Positions 1 to 8,742 of a DNA stretch of 17,377 nt are shown piece by piece. Origin of the DNA: a bacterium (GTDB lineage: Bacteria; Sysuimicrobiota; Sysuimicrobiia; Sysuimicrobiales; Kaftiobacteriaceae); contig JBIOWP010000046.1 of the NCBI GenBank assembly GCA_044868695.1, forward strand, positions 1-17,377. The letters run 5' to 3'. Position numbers and translations under genes: made by a program. The notes beneath the pieces are model-generated. The model saw only the letters and a list, made by a program, of their open reading frames with translations. It searched no databases and was not told the DNA's origin. Every line of letters begins with the position of its first letter. The first letter of the stretch is position 1.

Positions 1-2
1 AG

Positions 3-440
3 CGGCTGGGGCTGCTGGACCATCACCTCGCGCTGGTCCTCATCCATGCGGCATTGACGCTGCCGTTCACCGTGCTAATCCTGACCCTGTACTTTCGCAC
101 CATTCCCGCCGAAATCGAAGAGTCCGCGGAGCTCGACGGCGCAACGCGGCCGGTGATTCTGCGGCGGGTTGTGCTACCGCTGGCCCTGCCCAGCCTGGTG
201 GGGACCGGGCTGTTTGCCTTCATGCTGTCCTACAGCGAGTTCCTCTTCTCGATGCTGGTGTTGGGATCGCCGGAAACGCGCACGCTGCCGGTGACGCTGG
301 CCTCGGTGTCCAGCAATCCCGACGTGACCTGGAGTCTGCTCAGCGCCGGGACGACACTGGCGGTGCTGCCGGCCCTCGCGCTCGCCTGGCCCATCTGGCG
401 CTACATGGTGCGGGGGCTGGTAAGCGGCGGCGTGGCCTAG
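3..440 (+). CDS. Carbohydrate ABC transporter permease (MalG-like), 5'-truncated by window edge
   Basis: Frame is open from position 3 (RLGLLDHHLALVLIHAALTLPF...). EAA loop IPAEIEESAELDGA, hydrophobic segments, typical C-terminus RYMVRGLVSGGV. Confidence 0.9.
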   Translation, partial: RLGLLDHHLALVLIHAALTLPFTVLILTLYFRTIPAEIEESAELDGATRPVILRRVVLPLALPSLVGTGLFAFMLSYSEFLFSMLVLGSPETRTLPVTLASVSSNPDVTWSLLSAGTTLAVLPALALAWPIWRYMVRGLVSGGVA

Positions 441-487
441 AGGGGACAGACCGCACGTGTCGGAAATCATCTTCGTGAGGTGGGAGG

Positions 488-2440
488 ATGCCCGACCGGA
501 CGATTGAGGCATTGCTGCTGGAGAACCGCACGTTCGTACCGCCGCCTGCCTTCAGCCAGTCTGCGACGATGCGTGACGCGCGGGTGTACGACGAGGCCAC
601 GCGGGACCTCGAGGGGTTCTGGGCCAAAGCCGCCGAGCAGCTGCACTGGTTTGCGAAGTGGCGGACGGTATTGGACTGGCAGCCGCCCTATGCCAAGTGG
701 TTTGTCGGCGGCCAAACTAACATTGCGTACAATTGTGTCGACCGCCACGTGGCCGGGGGCCGGCGCACCAAGGCCGCGATCATCTGGGAAGGGGAACCCG
801 GCGACGAGCGCGTGCTGACGTATGGAGACCTGCTGCGCGAGGTCAGCAAGTTCGCCAACGTCTTGAAGACGCTGGGCGTCCGGCGCGGCGACCGCGTCAC
901 CATCTACCTCCCGATGATTCCTGAGCTGCCGATCGCCATGCTGGCCTGCGCTAGGATCGGGGCGCCGCACACCGTCGTCTTCGGCGGCTTCTCCGCGGAG
1001 TCGCTGCGCGACCGCGTCAACGATGCGCAGGCGAAGGTGCTTATTACTGCGGACGGCGGCTGGCGGCGCGGTAACATCGTCCCGCTCAAGCGCAACGCCG
1101 ATGAGGCGCTGGCTGGCACACCGACCATCGAACACGTCGTGGTCGTCCGCCGGATCGGGGATGCCGCCCCGATCCACATCCAGGAGGGACGGGACCACTG
1201 GTGGCATCGGCTGATGGTGGATGCGTCCGCCGTATGCGAAGCGGAGCGGGTGGACAGCGAAGACCTCCTCTACATCCTGTACACGAGTGGGACAACCGGC
1301 AAACCCAAGGGCATCGTTCACACGACCGGCGGGTACATGGTCGGGACGTACCTTACGACCAAGTGGATCTTTGATCTGAAGGACGACGACGTGTTCTGGT
1401 GTACCGCCGACATCGGCTGGGTCACCGGGCACTCCTACATCGTGTACGGTCCACTGGCCAACGGCGCCACCACCGTGATGTACGAGGGGACCCCCGATTA
1501 CCCAGACAAGGATCGCTTCTGGGCGATCGTGGAGAAGTATGGCATCAACATCATTTACACGGCGCCGACGGCCATCAGGACGTTCATGAAGTGGGGTCCG
1601 GACTACCCGGCCCGCCACAACCTGTCTTCGCTGCGCCTGTTGGGAACGGTCGGCGAACCGATCAACCCCGAGGCGTGGATATGGTACCACCAGCACATCG
1701 GCGGGGGCCGCTGCCCCGTCGTGGACACCTGGTGGCAGACCGAGACCGGCATGATCCTTATCACGCCGCTGCCGGGGATCACCACGCTCAAACCCGGCTC
1801 GGCCACGCGCCCGTTCCCCGGGGTATCGGCGGAGATCCTCAACGAGCAGGGGAAACCCGTCGGGCCGGGGGAGGGTGGGTACCTCGTGTTAACCCGGCCG
1901 TGGCCGGCGATGCTGCGCGGGATCTACCGAGACCCCGACCGGTACGCGAAGCAGTACTGGAGCCGCTTCGCCGGTCTGTACTTCACCGGTGATGGCGCGA
2001 AGCGGGACGAGGACGGGTACTTCTGGCTGTTGGGCCGGGTGGACGACGTGATCAACGTGGCCGGTCACCGCATCGGGACCTATGAAGTCGAATCGGCCCT
2101 GGTGGACAACCCCGCCGTCGCCGAGGCCGCGGTGATCGGCGTCACCCACGAGATCAAGGGCCAGGCGATCGCGGCGTTCGTGACCCTTAAGGAAGGCCAC
2201 AAGCCCGGATCCGACATGGTCGAGACGCTCAAGGGGCACGTGGTGAAGAAGATCGGCGCGCTGGCGCGGCCTGAACAGATCCTGTTCACGGGCGAGCTGC
2301 CCAAGACCCGTAGCGGGAAGATCATGCGGCGGCTCCTCCGAGATATCGCCGAGGGCCGGGTGCTCGGGGACACGACGACGCTGGCCGACCCAACGGTAGT
2401 CCAGTCGCTGAAGGAACGATACGAGGAGGAAGCTAGCTAG
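488..2440 (+). CDS. acs: Acetate--CoA ligase (AMP-forming acetyl-CoA synthetase), 650 aa
   Basis: [12 protein letters not shown]-loop, [57 protein letters not shown] (catalytic/acetylated Lys). GAGGTGGGAGG just upstream. Confidence 0.97.
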   Translation: MPDRTIEALLLENRTFVPPPAFSQSATMRDARVYDEATRDLEGFWAKAAEQLHWFAKWRTVLDWQPPYAKWFVGGQTNIAYNCVDRHVAGGRRTKAAIIWEGEPGDERVLTYGDLLREVSKFANVLKTLGVRRGDRVTIYLPMIPELPIAMLACARIGAPHTVVFGGFSAESLRDRVNDAQAKVLITADGGWRRGNIVPLKRNADEALAGTPTIEHVVVVRRIGDAAPIHIQEGRDHWWHRLMVDASAVCEAERVDSEDLLYILYTSGTTGKPKGIVHTTGGYMVGTYLTTKWIFDLKDDDVFWCTADIGWVTGHSYIVYGPLANGATTVMYEGTPDYPDKDRFWAIVEKYGINIIYTAPTAIRTFMKWGPDYPARHNLSSLRLLGTVGEPINPEAWIWYHQHIGGGRCPVVDTWWQTETGMILITPLPGITTLKPGSATRPFPGVSAEILNEQGKPVGPGEGGYLVLTRPWPAMLRGIYRDPDRYAKQYWSRFAGLYFTGDGAKRDEDGYFWLLGRVDDVINVAGHRIGTYEVESALVDNPAVAEAAVIGVTHEIKGQAIAAFVTLKEGHKPGSDMVETLKGHVVKKIGALARPEQILFTGELPKTRSGKIMRRLLRDIAEGRVLGDTTTLADPTVVQSLKERYEEEAS

Positions 2441-2489
2441 ACCCAACACAATCTCATGATGGAACCCGGCTGCTGCCAGAGGTGAGAGG

Positions 2490-3011
2490 GTGACGCACAC
2501 GATTTCGTTGACAGTCAACGGCACGACCCATCGTCATGAGGTCGAGCCGCGGCTGCTGCTGGTGTACTATCTCCGCGAAGTCCTGGGTCTGACCGGTACG
2601 CACATCGGCTGCGATACCACGAGCTGCGGGGCGTGCACCATTCTAATGAACGGCCAGGCGATCAAGTCGTGCACGGTGCTGGCGGTGCAGGCGGATGGAA
2701 CGGAGATCCTGACCGTGGAAGGGCTGGCAGAGGACGGGAAGCTCCACCCGATTCAGGAGGGATTCTGGGAGGAGCACGGCCTGCAGTGTGGGTTCTGCAC
2801 ACCCGGCATGATGCTGGCCGCGGTCCAGCTCCTGGCCCGCAGCCCCGCTCCCAGTGACGAGGAGATCCGCCACGGCCTGGACGGGAACCTCTGCCGGTGC
2901 ACCGGGTACCAGCACATCGTCAACTCAGTCAAATATGCGGCGCGCAAGCTGGCCGAGCAGCGCCAGCCCGCGATCCCCGTCCGCGGCCCGGTCCGCACGC
3001 CCGCCCGATGA
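2490..3011 (+). CDS. coxS: (2Fe-2S)-binding small subunit of a xanthine oxidase-family molybdoenzyme (CoxS/CutS-like)
   Basis: GCDTTSCGAC..C and QCGFCTPG...NLCRCTGY iron-sulfur motifs. GTG start preceded by GAGGTGAGAGG. Confidence 0.92.
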   Translation: MTHTISLTVNGTTHRHEVEPRLLLVYYLREVLGLTGTHIGCDTTSCGACTILMNGQAIKSCTVLAVQADGTEILTVEGLAEDGKLHPIQEGFWEEHGLQCGFCTPGMMLAAVQLLARSPAPSDEEIRHGLDGNLCRCTGYQHIVNSVKYAARKLAEQRQPAIPVRGPVRTPAR

Positions 3012-3871
3012 TTCCGGCCGCGTTCGAGTATCACCGGCCGGCGTCCGTGGCGGAGGCGCTGCAGTTGCTCGGCCGGCTGCCCGAGGCCAAGCTGCTTGCC
3101 GGCGGGCACAGCTTGCTGCCGATGATGAAGCTGCGCCTGGTCTCCCCGCCGCACGTGGTGGACCTCGGGCGCATCGACACGCTGCGGTTTGTCCGGGAGG
3201 ACGGCCGCACGGTCGTCCTCGGGGCCCTAACCACGCACTGGACCGTGGAGTCCTCGCCTGTGGTGCGCGCGCGTGTGCCGATGCTGGCGGAGTGCGCGGG
3301 CCGCATCGGCGACGTCCAGGTGCGCAACGCGGGCACCATCGGTGGGAGCCTCGCGCACGCCGATCCGGCGGCCGACTATCCAGCGGCCATGCTCGCGCTG
3401 GACGCGCAGATCGTCGCCGAAGGCCCGCGGGGCCGCCAGACGATCCCCGCCGACCGGTTCTTCACCGGCTTGTTCGCCACGGCGCTGGCTCCCGATCAGA
3501 TTCTTGTCGAGGTCCGGGTGCCGGTTCCCGCGGGGCGCGGCGGAGGCGCCTACCTGAAATTCCCGCATCCCGCCTCGGGATTTGCGGTGGTGGGCGTTGC
3601 CGCGCAGGTCACGTTGGATGGGCAGGGGCGGTGCGCCGCCGCGCGCGTCGGGATCACCGGCGTGGGGCCGGCCGCGTACCGGCCCGCCGCCGTCGAGAAA
3701 GGGCTGGTGGGCGCCGTCCTGGCTGAGCAGGCCGTGGCTGCCGCCGCGGCTCACGCCGCCGAGGGCGTGGACGTGAATGAGGACTTGTTCGCGTCCGCCG
3801 AGTACCGCGCGCACCTCGCCACCGTTTTCACGAAGCGGGCCGTCCTGGCCGCCGTCCAGCGCGCCACATGA
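3008..3871 (+). CDS. coxM: FAD-binding medium subunit of a xanthine oxidase-family molybdoenzyme (CoxM/CutM-like)
   Basis: Starts MIPAAFEYHRP at ATG 3008, an ATGA overlap with the coxS stop. Motifs LAGGHSLLPMMKLR, QVRNAGTIGGSLAHADPAADYP, ASAEYRAHL. Confidence 0.92.
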   Translation: MIPAAFEYHRPASVAEALQLLGRLPEAKLLAGGHSLLPMMKLRLVSPPHVVDLGRIDTLRFVREDGRTVVLGALTTHWTVESSPVVRARVPMLAECAGRIGDVQVRNAGTIGGSLAHADPAADYPAAMLALDAQIVAEGPRGRQTIPADRFFTGLFATALAPDQILVEVRVPVPAGRGGGAYLKFPHPASGFAVVGVAAQVTLDGQGRCAAARVGITGVGPAAYRPAAVEKGLVGAVLAEQAVAAAAAHAAEGVDVNEDLFASAEYRAHLATVFTKRAVLAAVQRAT

Positions 3872-4605
3872 CGGCGGTTCTGTGGGAAGAGGTCGGCTGG
3901 GTCGATCTGGAAGCCTACCTCCGCCGCGATGACCGCGCGATTGTCCCTGTCGGCTCGTGTGAGCAGCACGGCCGCCATCTTTCCTTTGCCACCGACTATC
4001 TGATCCCCACGGAGATTGCGCAGCGCATCAGCGCGCGCACTCGGGTCCCGGTTGCGCCCACGCTGTGTTTTGGAATGTCTGTGCACCACATGGAGTTCCC
4101 CGGAACCATTACGCTGTCGCCTGATACGTTCGTCGCCGTGATCCGTGATGTGTTGGAAAGCTTGCACCGCCATGGGTTCCGCCGGGTGCTCATCGTGAAC
4201 GGTCACGGAGGAAATATTGCCCCGATTTCCACCGCCCTGGCCAGCCTCGTGGACCGCCATCGCGATCTGCGGGTGAAGGTAGAGCACTGGTGGCAGGACC
4301 CCGCCGTCCAGACGGTGATGCGCGAGGCGTGGGGCGACGTGGAGTACCATGCCGCGGCGGGCGAGACGTCGGCGATCCTGGCGATCCGGCCGCAGATTCC
4401 CAAACTCGAGCGGGCCGCGTACACGCCGTGGCGGGAGGGTATCGAGTTCAGGGGGCCGCGTCACTGGAAGGCGTTCTTTCCCCACGGCGCGATCGGCGTC
4501 GATCCGAAGAAGGGGTCGGCGGAGGTCGGCGAGCGGCTGCTGGCCGCGGCGACCGAGCGCGGGGTGCGCGAGCTGGAATCGTGGGAGCCGCTTGAACCGA
4601 AATAG
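3868..4605 (+). CDS. Creatininase-family amidohydrolase
   Basis: PVGSCEQHGRHL..TD, VNGHGGN and HAAAGETS metal-binding motifs. ATGA overlap with the coxM stop. Confidence 0.9.
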   Translation: MTAVLWEEVGWVDLEAYLRRDDRAIVPVGSCEQHGRHLSFATDYLIPTEIAQRISARTRVPVAPTLCFGMSVHHMEFPGTITLSPDTFVAVIRDVLESLHRHGFRRVLIVNGHGGNIAPISTALASLVDRHRDLRVKVEHWWQDPAVQTVMREAWGDVEYHAAAGETSAILAIRPQIPKLERAAYTPWREGIEFRGPRHWKAFFPHGAIGVDPKKGSAEVGERLLAAATERGVRELESWEPLEPK

Positions 4606-4619
4606 CCGGCGGGCAGCGG

Positions 4620-5039
4620 ATGGATAGTCATGCGGAGTTGATGGACACGCTGGCCGGACTCGCGTTGTTCGCAGATCTCGCCCGGCCTCAGCTCGAAGCC
4701 GTCGTGCACACCTTTGAGGAAGAGTACTTCGCCGACGGGCAGCGGATTCTCCGCCAGGGATTCTCGGGCAGCAACCTCTACGTCATCCTCACCGGGCAGG
4801 CGGCGGTGCACGTCGACGGGACGCAGCGGGCCACGCTGTCCCGGGGAGACTTCTTCGGCGAGATCTCGGTGCTGCTGGGCGAGCCGCCCGCGGCCGACGT
4901 GGTCGCCGTGGGTCCCCTCCGATGCCTCGCGCTCTCCGGTCCTGAGGTGGAGCAATTCCTCCTCGCGTATCCCCGCGTCGCGTTCCGAATGCTGCAGGCC
5001 GAAGCGCGGCGCGTCCGGAGCGCGAACTTGTGGCGCTAG
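4620..5039 (+). CDS. Stand-alone cyclic nucleotide-binding (CAP_ED) domain protein, no HTH
   Basis: LALFADL..., GQRILRQG, LYVILTGQAAV, GDFFGEISVL. At 139 aa it is too short for a Crp DNA-binding domain. Confidence 0.88.
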   Translation: MDSHAELMDTLAGLALFADLARPQLEAVVHTFEEEYFADGQRILRQGFSGSNLYVILTGQAAVHVDGTQRATLSRGDFFGEISVLLGEPPAADVVAVGPLRCLALSGPEVEQFLLAYPRVAFRMLQAEARRVRSANLWR

Positions 5040-5057
5040 GACGAGTGGGTGTAGGGT

Positions 5058-6590
5058 GTGGGGTCGATGACGCGGGCCGCGAAGCAGCGCCGTTTCACCA
5101 CAGGCAAGGCGAAGCCGTTCCCTCCTGGCCGGTATCCCATTGTCGTGGTCGGCAGCGGACCCGGCGGGCTGCAGGTGAGCTACGCGCTCCGGGCCCTCGG
5201 CGTCAATCATGCCGTCCTGTCCGCGGATCGGGCCCCCGGCGGGATGTTCCGCCGCTATCCACTCTTCCAACGACTGATCACCTGGTCTAAGCCGTACGCG
5301 CCGGCGGAGCGCGGCACCCGTCCCTACGAGTGGTATGACTGGAACAGCCTGCGCGCCGATGACCCCGCGCAGCAAGCGTTGGTCCCTGAGTTCATGGACG
5401 GCGCGTCGTACTTTCCGTCGCGTCCGGAGATGGAGCGGGGGCTCGTTGCGTTTGCGACGCGGACGGGCGTTAGGGTGCGCTATGGCTGTCGGTGGGAAGC
5501 GACGCGGCGGACCGGCGACGGCTTCGTGCTGATGACCTCCGACGGTGACTACACGTGTCGTGCCGTTGTGTTTGCCGTCGGCATGGCGGAGCCCTGGAAG
5601 CCGGACACGCCGGGGATGGCGCTGGTGCCTCACTACGTGGAGACCCGCGCGCCGCGCAGCTACGCGGACCGGCGCATCGTCATTCTGGGCAAGCGCAATT
5701 CGGGATTTGAGGTCGCCGACGCCCTGCTGCCCTGGGCCCGGCAAATCGTCTTGCTTTCGCCCAGGCCTACTCTGCTGTCCATTCATAGCCGGTCAACCGC
5801 GGGAGTGCGGGCGAGGTATCTGCTGCCATATGAGGATCACGCGTTGGGCGGCGGGGTATTCGTTCTGGACGCGGCCATGGACCGGATCGAGCGCGCGGGG
5901 CGGGGCTTCCGGGTCTTCGCGAAGGGGACGACACGCCCGGGCGAGTTCATGTTCGAGGCGGACGATGTGATCGCTGCGACCGGTTTCACGACGCCGCTGC
6001 GGGATCTGCGGGCGCTGGGGCTGGCCACATTCAGCCAGGACCGTCTGCCGGCGCTGACGCCGTTTTGGGAGAGCACGACGGTGCCGGGCGTGTTCTTCGC
6101 GGGCACGATCACGCAGGGCGCCATCGGGCTGAAGAAGCACGGCATCCCCAGCAACTCGGGCGGGGTGGCCGGGTTCAGGCACAACGCGCGTGTGCTCGCC
6201 CGCTATCTCGCGGAGACGCACTTCGGCGCCGCCGTTCCAAGACCGTCGCTCGGGCCGGAGCGCGTCGTGCCGTTCCTGCTGTCTGAGGTCTCACGGGCGC
6301 CGGAGTTGTGGAATCAGCGGTCGTACCTGGCCCGTGTGGTCACGGTCGACCGCGCCCGCGGTATCACCGACGACGGGATTGTGCCGCTGGCCTCCTTTGT
6401 GGACGCCTCCGGACCCGACGCCGCGGCGGTAGTCCTGGAGACCGATCAGACTGGCGACCACCATCCGGCGGTCTACGTCCGCCGCGACGGCCGAGTCTCT
6501 GAGCATACCCTGCCGTCAGACCCGCTGCACAACTTTGAAACGCCAGCCTATCACACGCAGCTCGCGTCGATCCTCGACGGTCTCCTCTAA
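5058..6590 (+). CDS. FAD/NAD(P)-dependent oxidoreductase, FOXRED2/flavin monooxygenase-like (start GTG 5058 or ATG 5067)
   Basis: VVVGSGPGGL FAD motif, second dinucleotide motif ILGKRNSGFE, VIAATGF, PGVFFAG. DWNSL and GFRHNAR segments resemble FOXRED2 as recalled. Confidence 0.85.
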   Translation: MGSMTRAAKQRRFTTGKAKPFPPGRYPIVVVGSGPGGLQVSYALRALGVNHAVLSADRAPGGMFRRYPLFQRLITWSKPYAPAERGTRPYEWYDWNSLRADDPAQQALVPEFMDGASYFPSRPEMERGLVAFATRTGVRVRYGCRWEATRRTGDGFVLMTSDGDYTCRAVVFAVGMAEPWKPDTPGMALVPHYVETRAPRSYADRRIVILGKRNSGFEVADALLPWARQIVLLSPRPTLLSIHSRSTAGVRARYLLPYEDHALGGGVFVLDAAMDRIERAGRGFRVFAKGTTRPGEFMFEADDVIAATGFTTPLRDLRALGLATFSQDRLPALTPFWESTTVPGVFFAGTITQGAIGLKKHGIPSNSGGVAGFRHNARVLARYLAETHFGAAVPRPSLGPERVVPFLLSEVSRAPELWNQRSYLARVVTVDRARGITDDGIVPLASFVDASGPDAAAVVLETDQTGDHHPAVYVRRDGRVSEHTLPSDPLHNFETPAYHTQLASILDGLL

Positions 6591-6600
6591 GTTCGAATAC

Positions 6601-6686
6601 GTCTACCTGGTCTCCCTGGTCTACATGCAAGAGAACCCAAGTAGTGAGACCAAGTAGACCAAGTAGACGAGGAAGACCAGGTAGAC
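6601..6686. repeat. Inverted array of 9-bp tandem repeats between convergent genes; probable hairpin
   Basis: Left arm GTCTACCTG GTCTCCCTG GTCTACATG (6601-6627). Right arm CAAGTAGAC CAAGTAGAC GAGGAAGAC CAGGTAGAC (6651-6686). CAGGTAGAC is the exact reverse complement of GTCTACCTG. Confidence 0.9.
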
Positions 6687-6691
6687 CGGTC

Positions 6692-7114
6692 CTAGTGTGT
6701 ATGGTGTTCGCTGGCGGCGCGGAGCCGTCCGGCGACGATGCGCAGCATCGCGAGCGTGATCTTAGGGTTCTTTTCGAGCAGCCGCGCGAGGTCCCAGGAC
6801 GCCAGTGCCAGGCACGTGGTGGGTTCACCGGCGACGACGTGGGCCATCCGCGGCGACTGATCCAGGACCGAGAGCTCTCCGAAGAAGTCCCCGGGTCCGA
6901 GTTCGGCAACGACGGTACTACCCCGCAGCACTGCGGCCCGCCCGCTGGCGATCAGGTAGAACCCCGTGCCCACCTGGCCCTGTCTCACGATGTACCGCTG
7001 GGGCGGGAAGTCGATCTCCGTCATCAGACCGGCGATGGCGGCCAGCGCGCGCGGACCGACCCCGGAAAACAGACTGACCTTCTGCAAGAGCGCGACCTTT
7101 TGCTTTTTTGTCAT
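6692..7114 (-). CDS. Stand-alone cyclic nucleotide-binding domain protein (start ATG 7114 or GTG 7120)
   Basis: LLQKVSLFSGV, YIVRQGQVGTGFYLIASG, GDFFGELSVLDQSPRMAHV (intact phosphate-binding cassette). GAGGAG on the minus strand near 7133-7138. Confidence 0.88.
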   Translation of the reverse strand: MTKKQKVALLQKVSLFSGVGPRALAAIAGLMTEIDFPPQRYIVRQGQVGTGFYLIASGRAAVLRGSTVVAELGPGDFFGELSVLDQSPRMAHVVAGEPTTCLALASWDLARLLEKNPKITLAMLRIVAGRLRAASEHHTH

Positions 7115-7260
7115 CGCCACGAACGGCCTTTTCTCCTCACGCGACGGCGTCTCCTGCGGTCGTATGTGGAGACGGCAGGAGTGGTTAGACGCTGAGCCAA
7201 ATAGACCACTAACGCGCACGAGCCTGTTTGGCCAAGAGTGCTCAAGGGGGTGGGTGGAGC

Positions 7261-8730
7261 ATGGCAGACGGCAAGAATGACCGGTGGGTCCGGGTTGAGG
7301 ACAACCGGTGGCGGCGGCTCTCCCGGCGCGAGTTCCTCAAGGTGACCGCAGCCGGCGCGGCGGGGGCGGGCCTTGCGGCCGGCAGCGTTGGAACTCTGCT
7401 GACGTCGTTTGTCCGCGCGCAGCAGCGCGAGTTGCGGATCATCACCTGGAGCCACTTCGTCCCGGCGTTCGATACGTGGTTCGATCCCTGGGCCCAGAAG
7501 TGGGGCGAACGCAAGGGGGTCCGGGTCACGGTGGACCACATCTCGTTTGCCGACATCGTTCCACGGGCGAACGCGGAGGTCGCCGCCCAGCAGGGCCACG
7601 ACTTGTTCTTCTTCCTGTCTCCGCCCTCGGCGTTCGAGCAGCAGGTCCTCGATCTCAGTGACATCAACCAGGAGGCCGAACGCCGCTACGGTCCCATGGT
7701 CCCGCTGGTGCGGAAGAGCACGTACAACGCCAACACGAAGAAGTTCTTCGGCTTCTCGGACAACTGGGTCCCGGATCCCGGCGATTATCTGCGGAGCGTG
7801 TGGACGGACGCCGGTTTCCCCAAGGGACCAGCGACCTGGGATGACCTGCTGAACGGCGGCCGGGAGATCAAGCGGCGGCACCCCGAGATCCAGATTCCCA
7901 TTGGGATCGGCCTCTCCCAGGACATCGACTCGAACATGGCGACGCATGCCATCATGTGGGCGTTCGGCGCGTCCGAGCAGGACGCCGACGAAAACGTCAC
8001 GCTCAACGCCGAGGAGACCATTCGGGCCGTCGAATTCGGCTCGCGCCTGTTCATCGAGACGATGAACCCCGCGGTGTTGAGCTGGAACGCGGCCAGCAAC
8101 AACCAGGCTCTCAACGCCCGCCAGACGTCGTATATCTTGAACTCGATCTCCGCGTACCGCACCGCCCAGGATAACCAGCTGCCCGTCGCCGACGACATCA
8201 ACTTCGTGGGGGCCCTGCGCGGGCCGAAGGCCCGGTGGGCCAGCGAGCATGTCATGGGCGTATGGGTCATCTGGAAGTTTTCCAGGAACCCTGACAACGC
8301 AAAGGCGTTCATGCTTGACCTCGTCGAGAACTACCGCGAGGCGGTCGTGAACAGCAAACTGTACAACTTCCCGTCGTTCATGGGCTCAGTGGCAGCGCGC
8401 AGCGTCCCGCTCGCCCAGAAGCCCGACGAGGGTCGCAAATGGGTCCGGGCCGCGGTCCTCAAGGATCCCTTCGGATCCAGGCCGGCCGACAAACTGGCGG
8501 TCCTCGTCGACGCGGAGCAGTGGTCGACGAACCCCGGCCATCCCGGACCGGCCAACCCGGCCATCGGCGAGATCTTCGACACCTTCGTGATCCCCGACAT
8601 GTTCGCCAAAGCCGCGACCGCGCAGCAGACCCCTAAGCAGGCGGTGGAAGACGCCAGCCGGAGGGTGAAGGACATCTTCACCAAGTGGCGCCGGCTCGGA
8701 TTGGTGGGAGGCGGCAGCGGGGACCGCTAA
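7261..8730 (+). CDS. Sugar ABC transporter substrate-binding protein with Tat signal peptide
   Basis: LSRREFLK twin-arginine motif, hydrophobic h-region, VRA cleavage-like site. LRIITWSHFVP, PATWDDLL. Heads an ATPase plus two permeases. GGAG before ATG 7261. Confidence 0.88.
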   Translation: MADGKNDRWVRVEDNRWRRLSRREFLKVTAAGAAGAGLAAGSVGTLLTSFVRAQQRELRIITWSHFVPAFDTWFDPWAQKWGERKGVRVTVDHISFADIVPRANAEVAAQQGHDLFFFLSPPSAFEQQVLDLSDINQEAERRYGPMVPLVRKSTYNANTKKFFGFSDNWVPDPGDYLRSVWTDAGFPKGPATWDDLLNGGREIKRRHPEIQIPIGIGLSQDIDSNMATHAIMWAFGASEQDADENVTLNAEETIRAVEFGSRLFIETMNPAVLSWNAASNNQALNARQTSYILNSISAYRTAQDNQLPVADDINFVGALRGPKARWASEHVMGVWVIWKFSRNPDNAKAFMLDLVENYREAVVNSKLYNFPSFMGSVAARSVPLAQKPDEGRKWVRAAVLKDPFGSRPADKLAVLVDAEQWSTNPGHPGPANPAIGEIFDTFVIPDMFAKAATAQQTPKQAVEDASRRVKDIFTKWRRLGLVGGGSGDR

Positions 8731-8742
8731 AGACACGACATA

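Noticed and set aside
467..1696. 409-aa minus-strand ORF and similar long antisense ORFs (4461-5786, 7111-8250, 8386-9963, 9964-10977, 14031-15053, 16319-17281)
   Set aside because: They lie opposite well-supported genes and have no recognisable motifs. Long shadow ORFs are expected in GC-rich coding DNA.
2897..3007. N-terminal extensions in the ORF track (2897, 7228, 8749, 13785, 16080, and minus-strand 7219 and 15787)
   Set aside because: They overlap neighbouring genes, repeats or the riboswitch. Downstream starts with an RBS or stop/start coupling match the family N-termini better.
2490..3871. Calling the locus an aerobic CO dehydrogenase
   Set aside because: Substrate specificity resides in the large subunit, which is absent. 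S and M subunits alone cannot distinguish CODH from other molybdenum hydroxylases.
3868..4605. Mycofactocin peptidase MftE or riboflavin-pathway deformylase ArfB
   Set aside because: Same family, but there are no mft genes, radical SAM enzyme or rib genes nearby. Only the family-level call is supported.
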